The notes under the pieces: generated by a model
Seen by the model: only the letters and a program-made list of their open reading frames with translations
Told to the model about the DNA's origin: nothing
Databases searched by the model: none
Program-made: the position numbers and the translations under genes
NCBI RefSeq assembly: GCF_000010065.1
Contig: NC_006576.1
Span: 1,050,001 to 1,082,000, forward strand
Direction: 5' to 3'
Source: Synechococcus elongatus PCC 6301
GTDB taxonomy: Bacteria; Cyanobacteriota; Cyanobacteriia; Synechococcales; Synechococcaceae
DNA length: 32,000 nt
Part shown: positions 25,225-32,000 of the stretch, one piece after another
Layout: each line of letters starts with the position of its first letter
Numbering within the stretch: the stretch's first letter is position 1

Positions 25225-27225
25225 ATGACGCCCTTTCAACTGCAAGCCCGCTATCAACCGATGGGAGACCAACCGACTGCGATCGCGCAGTTGGTCGAAC
25301 AAGTTCAGGCCGGTGCTCCCTATCAAACCTTGCTGGGCGCGACTGGAACGGGCAAGACTTTTACGATCGCCAACGTGATTGCGCAGGTGGGGCGCCCAGC
25401 CTTAGTACTGGCCCACAACAAGACCTTAGCGGCTCAGCTGTGCAATGAGCTGCGTGAGTTTTTCCCGAATAACGCCGTCGAGTATTTCATCAGCTATTAC
25501 GACTACTATCAACCGGAAGCTTACATTCCGGTGACCGACACTTATATCGCCAAAACAGCTTCGATCAATGAAGAGATCGATATGCTTCGGCACTCCGCCA
25601 CGCGAAACTTATTTGAGCGACGTGATGTAATTGTCGTTGCTTCAATTAGCTGCATCTATGGCTTGGGTATTCCTAGCGAGTATTTAAAAGCAGCAATCCC
25701 GCTAGAAGTCGGGGCTGAAATCAATATGCGCGAGGTTTTGCGACAACTCGTTGATGTTCAATACAGTCGCAATGATCTGGAGTCAGGTCGCGGTCGATTC
25801 CGGGTGAAAGGCGATGTCCTCGAAATCGGCCCAGCCTATGAGGATCGGATTATTCGGGTCGAATTTTTTGGTGATGAAATTGATGCGATTCGCTATATCG
25901 ATCCAGTCACCGGCGAAATCCTCCAAAGCCTCGATCGCCTCAATATCTATCCTGCCCGTCACTTTGTGACGCCAGAAGAACGGCTGGAAATTGCGATCGC
26001 AGAAATCAAAGAAGAACTCAATCAGCAGCTCCTGACTTTACAAGCAGAAGGCAAACTGGTGGAGGCTCAGCGGCTCGAGCAACGCACCCGCTATGACCTC
26101 GAAATGCTGCAGGAAGTGGGCTACTGCAACGGCGTTGAAAACTATGCCCGCCATCTCGCTGGCCGCGAGCCCGGATCGCCCCCAGAATGTCTGATCGACT
26201 ACTTCCCAAAAGATTGGCTCCTCGTTGTTGATGAATCCCACGTCACCGTTCCGCAGTTGCGGGGCATGTATAACGGTGATCAGTCTCGCAAAAAGGTTTT
26301 GGTGGATCACGGCTTCCGCTTGCCAAGCGCTGCAGATAACCGTCCACTAAAGTCGGAGGAATTTTGGGAGAAAGTGCGTCAGTGCATTTTTGTCTCAGCA
26401 ACGCCTGGTGATTGGGAAATAGAGCGATCGGAAGAGCAGATTGTTGAGCAAGTGATTCGCCCGACAGGCGTGGTTGATCCCGAGGTTTTCGTTCGCCCCA
26501 CGGAAGGACAAGTTGATGATCTCCTCGCTGAAATTCAGCAGCGGGTCCGTCGCCAAGAGCGAGCATTGATTACGACGCTGACCAAGCGAATGGCTGAGGA
26601 TTTAACGGATTATTTGAGCGATCGCGGCGTTAAAGTTCGCTATCTCCACTCAGAGATCAACTCGATCGAACGAATTGAAATCCTGCAGGATTTGCGCAAT
26701 GGCGATTTTGATGTCTTGATTGGGGTTAACTTGCTACGGGAAGGCTTAGACCTGCCAGAGGTATCCCTAGTCGCTATTTTGGATGCCGACAAGGAAGGCT
26801 TTTTGCGGACGGAACGCAGCCTCATTCAAACGATTGGGCGAGCAGCTCGCCACATCAATGGCCAAGCGATTCTGTATGCCGATCGCATGACCGAAAGTAT
26901 GGAGAAGGCGATCAGTGAAACGGAACGACGGCGACGTATTCAATTGGATTACAACCAACGTCACAACATTACCCCTCAACCGATTATCAAGCGATCGAGC
27001 AACGCCATTCTCTCGTTCCTTGAAGTCTCGCGGCGGCTGAATAAGCAAGAGTTAGAAGTAGCAGTCAGTCAAGCCGATGATCTCTCCCTCGAAGAGATTC
27101 CCAACTTGATTACGCAACTAGAAGCCCAGATGAAAGAGGCCGCTAAAAATCTGGAATTTGAGGAGGCTGCTCAATACCGCGATCGCATTAAGAAATTACG
27201 TGAACGACTGGTGGGTCGCCACTAA
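25225..27225 (+). CDS. uvrB: excinuclease ABC subunit B
   Basis: F.L...Y.P.GDQP.AI and GATGTGKTF (Walker A) are present. [10 protein letters not shown] marks the beta-hairpin region and VVDESHVT is the DExH motif. The C-terminal UVR domain is [18 protein letters not shown] 25225 gives MTPFQLQ. Confidence 0.97.
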   Translation: MTPFQLQARYQPMGDQPTAIAQLVEQVQAGAPYQTLLGATGTGKTFTIANVIAQVGRPALVLAHNKTLAAQLCNELREFFPNNAVEYFISYYDYYQPEAYIPVTDTYIAKTASINEEIDMLRHSATRNLFERRDVIVVASISCIYGLGIPSEYLKAAIPLEVGAEINMREVLRQLVDVQYSRNDLESGRGRFRVKGDVLEIGPAYEDRIIRVEFFGDEIDAIRYIDPVTGEILQSLDRLNIYPARHFVTPEERLEIAIAEIKEELNQQLLTLQAEGKLVEAQRLEQRTRYDLEMLQEVGYCNGVENYARHLAGREPGSPPECLIDYFPKDWLLVVDESHVTVPQLRGMYNGDQSRKKVLVDHGFRLPSAADNRPLKSEEFWEKVRQCIFVSATPGDWEIERSEEQIVEQVIRPTGVVDPEVFVRPTEGQVDDLLAEIQQRVRRQERALITTLTKRMAEDLTDYLSDRGVKVRYLHSEINSIERIEILQDLRNGDFDVLIGVNLLREGLDLPEVSLVAILDADKEGFLRTERSLIQTIGRAARHINGQAILYADRMTESMEKAISETERRRRIQLDYNQRHNITPQPIIKRSSNAILSFLEVSRRLNKQELEVAVSQADDLSLEEIPNLITQLEAQMKEAAKNLEFEEAAQYRDRIKKLRERLVGRH

Positions 27226-27282
27226 AAACCCGATCTAGCAGGCATCCACTCCCACGCCAGTTGAAATGTGCGATCGCTGGAA

Positions 27283-27738
27283 CTAATTCCAGTCGTCTGC
27301 GGCAAAGTCCAAGCTACGGCGTCCGGGTGAGGGCCAGTCGGCATTTTCACCACCGACAAAGACTTGCTCTAGCCCAACCATTTCTTCGCTCAGACGCTGA
27401 AGGGCATTCAGCAATACGTCTAAAGCGATCGCGTCACTGGTACCCAGATCAAACCAGCAGCGAGCCCAACGCCCTTGATACTCGACTTCTCCCATGTTGT
27501 GCATCAGGGCGGCCAGGCTAGAACGCTCTTGAGCTGACTGATAGCTCATATAACTCAGTTCTAAGCCCTCTTCTTGAGCTTGCAGGTTTTCAGCATTGAA
27601 GCCACCTAGCTTGCCTAGGAAAAACCAGGAGTCAAACAATTCCTCTAGATATTGCTGCTCTAAGGGCGCAGGGACAGTACTAAATTCCACCCAAATCCAG
27701 CAGTCAAAGGGGTTAAATTCACGAAATTCAATTTGCAT
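27283..27738 (-). CDS. DUF3531-like conserved cyanobacterial/plastid-lineage protein
   Basis: MQIEFREFNPFDCWIWVEF...LEELFDSWFFLGKLGGFNAENLQ matches my memory of DUF3531. The first ATG is at 27738. Confidence 0.7.
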   Translation of the reverse strand: MQIEFREFNPFDCWIWVEFSTVPAPLEQQYLEELFDSWFFLGKLGGFNAENLQAQEEGLELSYMSYQSAQERSSLAALMHNMGEVEYQGRWARCWFDLGTSDAIALDVLLNALQRLSEEMVGLEQVFVGGENADWPSPGRRSLDFAADDWN

Positions 27739-27829
27739 GGGCGAGACCAAATTCCTCAAGGTTTCAACGACTGAACCAACAGCCAGTCATCACTGGCTCT
27801 GACTGGAACCTACAGCTTAGAGTGGGGCA

Positions 27830-28825
27830 CTAGAGGGGCGGCAGAGTAGCTGGTCCCCAGGGGCCTGGCGCTTGGGTCACTTGATCGCGCAGTGACACAC
27901 AGTCTTGGCCGCGATTGTCGAAGGTCTTCTGGTTATTGCAGGCTTCAAAAAAGAGTTGCCAAACCAGGGGTTGCGGCAGTTGCGAAGATTTTGCCAGTGC
28001 CTTTTGGAATTCTGCTGCTGCCGCTCGCCGCAAATTGGCATCACCGGTGGCTTTGCTCTGTTCCACGAGGATTTGGGCTTTGAGATAGCGCAGCTCTGGA
28101 TTCTCGGGAGCCGCCGCGATCGCCCGATCAACGTACTGAATCGCTTCGGGATAGCGCTTGAGATTCCGCAGTCCGAGAGCAATGCCGCGATCGGCAAGGT
28201 AACGCGGGCTGGCTTTTTCTAGCTTGGCGATCGCGCCGCTGGGATTGGCCAAGGGCAGATTGGTCGCCACTATCAAATCCACGAAACCTTGCACCAGATT
28301 CAACTCAGGATCATTGGGATTGATCTGAGCGGCCGCCCGCAAGCTGCCGTAGACCGTCTGGAGGGACTGTAAGGCTTGGGGAACAGCCGCCAGCGGCACC
28401 CCTCCATCCCCCGTCAGTTGGGGCAGCAAGGTTGAAGCCGCCATCATCAACTCGCCCACTGCAATGTAGAGCTGGCTGCGCAGGGGTTGTTGAGGGGCGA
28501 TCGCCTGGGCCTTGCTCTTGGTTTGGCGAGCATAGTCGGCAAAGGCTTGGCGATTTTGCTGGGCAAACGCTAGGCTGCCCGCCAAGGCAAACACCAAAGG
28601 ATCCGAAGAGTCCTGGCGCAGCGCTTGCTGCAGGGCTTGTTCGGCAGCGGGATAGTTGCCCTGTTGAAAGGCAGCGGTAAAGGCTGCTGCCGTCGAAGCA
28701 CTGATCGGCTGGGGATTGCTGCTGCGGAAAGGATCGCCAGCCCGCCCCGCGGGGATACCGACGGTACTGCAGAGAACGACCGCACAACTTGCAGCAATCA
28801 AACGATGGACCAAGCGAATATTCAT
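27830..28825 (-). CDS. exported TPR-like repeat protein
   Basis: ATG 28825 gives a signal-like MNIRLVHRLIAASCAVVLCSTVGIPAG. The body is Ala/Leu/Gln-rich with TPR-like helical pairs (GNYPAAEQALQQALRQD, YPEAIQYVDRAIAAAPENPEL). Confidence 0.7.
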   Translation of the reverse strand: MNIRLVHRLIAASCAVVLCSTVGIPAGRAGDPFRSSNPQPISASTAAAFTAAFQQGNYPAAEQALQQALRQDSSDPLVFALAGSLAFAQQNRQAFADYARQTKSKAQAIAPQQPLRSQLYIAVGELMMAASTLLPQLTGDGGVPLAAVPQALQSLQTVYGSLRAAAQINPNDPELNLVQGFVDLIVATNLPLANPSGAIAKLEKASPRYLADRGIALGLRNLKRYPEAIQYVDRAIAAAPENPELRYLKAQILVEQSKATGDANLRRAAAAEFQKALAKSSQLPQPLVWQLFFEACNNQKTFDNRGQDCVSLRDQVTQAPGPWGPATLPPL

Positions 28826-28899
28826 GCCGGCGCTAGAAGCGATAGAAAGCAGAAAGACGTTGCCAGAACTCACTCGTTCCAGAAGAGGCAACTGGCAGA

Positions 28900-29604
28900 A
28901 TGGAACGGTTGCGATCGCTTAAGCCTTTGACCCTGCAACTGGACGGCATTTCGTACCATCCTCCCGCGAGTTCACGGCCCATCTTAGACAATATCAGCTT
29001 CGATCTGGGCTTCCCGGAGCTAGGTTTGATTGTTGGCCCCAGCGGTTCTGGCAAAACGACGCTGCTAGAACTCCTCGCCGGTTTGATAATTCCACAACAG
29101 GAGCGAGTCACCTGGCGTGATCAGGATTTGAACTATCTCCAACTACGGCAGCTCGCTGGGCTAGTCTTTCAGTTTCCTGAGCGGCATTTCTGCGGCCATA
29201 CCGTGCTGGAGGAGTTGCGCCTCGGACATCCTGAAATCAGTCGCGATCAGGTCAAATCGGCTCTAGTTTCGGTGGGGCTGGGGGATTTACCTTTTTCTGC
29301 TTCGCCTTACCAACTCAGCGGCGGTCAACAGCGGCGGTTGGCACTCGCAGTGCAGTTGATTCGCCAGCCCTGCATTTTGCTGTTGGATGAACCGACAGCC
29401 GGCCTCGATTGGTCAATGCGTCGTCAGTTGATTCAGCTGTTTCAGGAACTGAAGCAAACCTGGGGGTTGCTGATCGTCACCCATGAACCGCAGGAACTGG
29501 CCGCGATCGCTGATCGCCAGTGGGGAATTGTCCAAGGTCGGCTGGAACCCTGGCCAGTGCAGCCGTCAGCCCAGGCATTGGACCAGCAGATTAGCATTTG
29601 TTAA
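28900..29604 (+). CDS. ABC transporter ATP-binding protein, ECF/CbiO-like
   Basis: Walker A is GPSGSGKTT, the Q-loop is VFQFPE, the signature is LSGGQQRRLA and Walker B is LLLDEPTAGLD. The 234-aa single ATPase domain has no adjacent permease. Confidence 0.85.
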   Translation: MERLRSLKPLTLQLDGISYHPPASSRPILDNISFDLGFPELGLIVGPSGSGKTTLLELLAGLIIPQQERVTWRDQDLNYLQLRQLAGLVFQFPERHFCGHTVLEELRLGHPEISRDQVKSALVSVGLGDLPFSASPYQLSGGQQRRLALAVQLIRQPCILLLDEPTAGLDWSMRRQLIQLFQELKQTWGLLIVTHEPQELAAIADRQWGIVQGRLEPWPVQPSAQALDQQISIC

Positions 29605-29636
29605 GAGTCTTTTTTGTTCACCCAGCGATCGAGCAC

Positions 29637-30530
29637 ATGGCAGACCAACTGATTCGAGCGACTGCAGCAGGTGGTGGCATTCGTGCCGTCGGCGTGATCA
29701 CCACTGATCTCACTGCCGAGGCTCAGCGTAAACACGGTCTGTCGTTTGTGGCGACCACGGCCCTGGGGCGCAGCATGGCAGCGGGACTGCTCCTGGCCTC
29801 CAGCATGAAAAAAGAAGGTTCACGGGTCAATTTGCGGATTCGCAGCGCTGGCCCCCTCGGGGGGTTGATGGTCGATGCTGGCTTAGATGGCACCGTGCGC
29901 GGCTATGTGGAACATCCCGCGATTGAAATTGAGCCCAACACCCAAGGATTACCCGATGTCGGCCGCGCCATTGGCCCCGGCTACCTGCATGTGATGCGAG
30001 ATGTCGGCTACGGTCAGCCCTACACCAGTACTGTCGAGCTGGTCAACGGCGAAATTGGCGACGATGTAGCCTACTACTTGGCCAGCTCTGAGCAAACACC
30101 TTCAGCGATTCTGCTAGGGGTTTATCTTGATCGCCAAGGGGTCGAAGCCGCCGGTGGGCTATTGATTCAAGTGCTGCCCCAAGCCGCTCGCGATCCAGAG
30201 CTGGTCAGCTTGCTGGAATCGCGGATCAGCCATCTGAAAGGCTTCACGCAACTCCTACGATCGGGCAAGGATTTGCCAGAGATTCTGGAAGACCTGCTGG
30301 GCGACTTGGATCTGACAATTCTGGCCGAACCACGATCGCTGCGGTTTTTCTGCCCCTGTACCCACCAACGGATGCTAGGCGCTCTCAAAATCTTTGGGGC
30401 ACCGGAACTGCGCGACATGATCGCCAAGGATCAAGGGGCCGAGGCAACCTGCGAGTTTTGTAGCGAGGTCTATCAAGCCAGCATTGAAGAGCTGGAAGAA
30501 CTGATCAGCGACTTGGAAACCGCCGCTTAA
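29637..30530 (+). CDS. hslO: Hsp33-family redox-regulated chaperone
   Basis: The N-terminus is MADQLIRATAAGGGIRAVGV. The C-terminal zinc centre is FFCPCTHQRM...ATCEFCSEVY (CxC...CxxC). The length is typical. Confidence 0.93.
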   Translation: MADQLIRATAAGGGIRAVGVITTDLTAEAQRKHGLSFVATTALGRSMAAGLLLASSMKKEGSRVNLRIRSAGPLGGLMVDAGLDGTVRGYVEHPAIEIEPNTQGLPDVGRAIGPGYLHVMRDVGYGQPYTSTVELVNGEIGDDVAYYLASSEQTPSAILLGVYLDRQGVEAAGGLLIQVLPQAARDPELVSLLESRISHLKGFTQLLRSGKDLPEILEDLLGDLDLTILAEPRSLRFFCPCTHQRMLGALKIFGAPELRDMIAKDQGAEATCEFCSEVYQASIEELEELISDLETAA

Positions 30531-30581
30531 TCCTGTCCACTCTTCCAAAACTGCTAGCTCGGACAAACCGCGATCGCCCAA

Positions 30582-31196
30582 TCAGTGCAGAAAGGTGGCG
30601 ATCGCCCAGAGCAACAGCAGGGCAAAGGCTGTGGCAATCTGCTCGGGGCTGAGCGGGCCAAGAACAGGAATGAGTCCCGCGATCGCGGTACCGGCGAGCA
30701 GCCCCACTAGCAACGCCGCAAAAGAGAAGAGAGCAGCCCGCCCAAAGTGGTTCTCTTTACGCATCACCAGCCAAATTGCACTGCCAATCCCGGCCACCAG
30801 CAGCAGTTGCAGAATAGTGGGTTGTAGGCGCGGGAAGAGCGACACCACCAGCAGCCCGCCAAAGAGCAGCGAGCTGATCAACAACTCCTGCGGCTGAGGT
30901 TTATCAAAAAAGCGACCCGCCCAGGCTGGTGCCGAGGGTGTCGGGAACGTCGGTGTTTTCTTGGACTCTACGATCGGCTTTTCGGCAAAGCGAATCCGCT
31001 CCGGCACCTTGATCTTGCCTTCTTGGCGTAGCCGCAAGCGCTCCATCAGAATGGCGTCGTAGGCGGTCTCGATGGCAGTCCGCTGCGGTGAATCGGGTTC
31101 TAGTTCTGCCAGCCGGCGATCGCGGGTTGCTTGAATTTCATCAAAAGAGGCGGATTCTGCAACACCCAGCCGTTCGTAAGGAGTTTGGTCTGCCAT
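30582..31196 (-). CDS. CPP1/CDF1-like membrane protein with N-terminal J-like domain (DUF3353 type)
   Basis: TPYERLGVAESASFDEIQATRDRRL is J-like and lacks HPD. IETAYDAILMERLRLRQEGKIKVP follows, then 3-4 C-terminal TM helices. Confidence 0.75.
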   Translation of the reverse strand: MADQTPYERLGVAESASFDEIQATRDRRLAELEPDSPQRTAIETAYDAILMERLRLRQEGKIKVPERIRFAEKPIVESKKTPTFPTPSAPAWAGRFFDKPQPQELLISSLLFGGLLVVSLFPRLQPTILQLLLVAGIGSAIWLVMRKENHFGRAALFSFAALLVGLLAGTAIAGLIPVLGPLSPEQIATAFALLLLWAIATFLH

Positions 31197-31273
31197 CGCA
31201 CTTGGGCTCTACAGAGTGGGTTGAAATTCTCTGCTCTATGGTATTGCGTCCAGCCCAATGCTCGAGTTGTTGT

Positions 31274-31465
31274 CTAGCAGAAGGGCGTGGGCCAGAGGGT
31301 CGCTGGCTCGCGATCGCGGCAGACGGACTGGGCCGCCAGACTCGATCGCAGCAGAGTTTGCTGCAAGGGCGACTGCTGCAGTTTGGGGTACCACGGTCCA
31401 ATCACCACTGCAGTCAGGGCCGCTAGCGCAGCGGTCTGAGCCGCAATCGGTAATTCTGTCAGCAT
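31274..31465 (-). CDS. possible small hypothetical protein (63 aa)
   Basis: Internal ATG of track ORF 31274..31501, preceded by AAGGTG. Codon choice is host-like (CTG, GCG, GCC, ACC). No recognisable motif. It is the only plausible ORF in a 464-bp gap. Confidence 0.3.
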   Translation of the reverse strand: MLTELPIAAQTAALAALTAVVIGPWYPKLQQSPLQQTLLRSSLAAQSVCRDREPATLWPTPFC

Positions 31466-31569
31466 TGCACCTTTACTCCCCACACCTGGCCTAGGCTTCA
31501 CGCTACTGGGATAGCCATGAAGCTGGCATCAAGCGACTGTAAAGCTTGCATAAAGCAGACTATGCCAAT

Positions 31570-31583
31570 CGATCGCGATCGCG
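31570..31583. repeat. tandem/overlapping HIP1 (CGATCGCGATCGCG)
   Basis: The 12-nt perfect palindrome CGATCGCGATCG lies within this span, about 80 nt upstream of the response-regulator start. Confidence 0.9.
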
Positions 31584-31659
31584 AAGGGAATGTTAAGGCT
31601 CAGTGAAAGCCAGAGCAGCTCTCTAGACTAAGGGCAGATCAAAAGGTCTGCGCAAGCCA

Positions 31660-32000
31660 ATGGAGACAGCCAAAATTTTGGTCGTGGATGATGACAGCGC
31701 GGTCCGAACTTTGTTAGTGCGCTTTCTATCGCGCCAAGGCTATCAGGTAGAAGCCGCAATCGATGGCAGCAGTGCCTTGGCTCAGTTCGAGCGCTTTAGC
31801 CCAGATTTGTTGATTCTGGACGTTAACCTGCCGGATACCAACGGCTATCAACTCTGCGAGATTGTTCAGAAACGCACAGGCGTCTACGTCATTTTGCTGA
31901 CCAGTCGCGATGATGAGGCCGATATTCTGACCGGCTTTGCTAAAGGCGCGGACGACTACATCACCAAGCCGTTTTCGCTGATGAGTGTGGGGGCGCGGAT
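31660..32000 (+). CDS. response regulator, receiver domain (OmpR/PhoB-type likely), 3' end beyond window
   Basis: My own translation gives METAKILVVDDDSAVRTLLVRFLSRQGYQVEAAIDGSSALAQFERFSPDLLILDVNLPDTNGYQLCEIVQKRTGVYVILLTSRDDEADILTGFAKGADDYITKPFS. The acidic pair DD, the phospho-acceptor D in LILDV, the T/S in LLTS and the K in TKPF are all present. Confidence 0.9.
   Translation, partial: METAKILVVDDDSAVRTLLVRFLSRQGYQVEAAIDGSSALAQFERFSPDLLILDVNLPDTNGYQLCEIVQKRTGVYVILLTSRDDEADILTGFAKGADDYITKPFSLMSVGAR

Noticed and set aside
27781-27798. Perfect 7-bp hairpin AGCCAGT-CATC-ACTGGCT downstream of the TPR gene as a terminator
   Set aside because: On the minus strand it is followed by GUUGGUU rather than a real U-tract. 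It may be a weak terminator or processing site, but I cannot support a call.
31141-31494. Track ORFs 31141..31401 (-) and 31258..31494 (+)
   Set aside because: The first overlaps the start of the CPP1-like gene in another frame. Both are Arg/Ser/Pro-rich with no start context. Only the 31274..31465 frame has host-like codon usage, and even that is low confidence.
2600-32000. Regularly recurring GCGATCGC as a possible CRISPR-like or mobile repeat array
   Set aside because: The 8-bp palindrome is scattered inside coding sequences at irregular spacing, with no conserved flanks or spacers. This is the known HIP1 family, not CRISPR or MITE.

Overview
The window looks like core chromosome of a unicellular cyanobacterium. 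It is most consistent with Synechococcus elongatus PCC 7942/6301, an inference from very dense HIP1 (GCGATCGC) palindromes, the adjacent sqdB-sqdX pair and a split-intein dnaE C-terminal half. It opens with the promoter-proximal part of an rRNA operon on the minus strand: 16S, tRNA-Ile(GAU), tRNA-Ala(UGC), a BoxB/BoxA antiterminator and the 23S 5' end. About 30 mostly housekeeping genes follow. They include a CpdA-like phosphoesterase, an HtrA protease, rpiA, chlI, an alpha/beta hydrolase, PBP2, sqdX-sqdB, thiG, tRNA-Gly and a VOC+GPH transporter pair. They also include dnaE-C with IntC, a group-2 sigma factor, a deaminase-like amidohydrolase with an FAD oxidase, and a HAD/FHA/DevA-type ATPase string. 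The rest are uvrB, DUF3531, a TPR protein, an ECF-type ATPase, hslO, a CPP1-like protein and the start of a response regulator. I see no CRISPR array, transposase, integrase, phage genes or recognisable defence system. Three items are most worth follow-up. (1) The thiG-upstream intergenic region carries a near-perfect HLR1 (RpaB-type) direct repeat, a CU-rich hairpin loop and an orphan intrinsic terminator, suggesting a light-regulated sRNA or leader. (2) A 56-aa single-helix ORF lies below the ORF-track cutoff between thiG and sqdB and has an Hlip/Psb34-like N-terminal arm. (3) An orphan DevA-type ABC ATPase is followed by a translationally coupled FHA-domain protein and HAD-IIB hydrolase. 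Function calls rest on motif recognition by eye; no database search was run.
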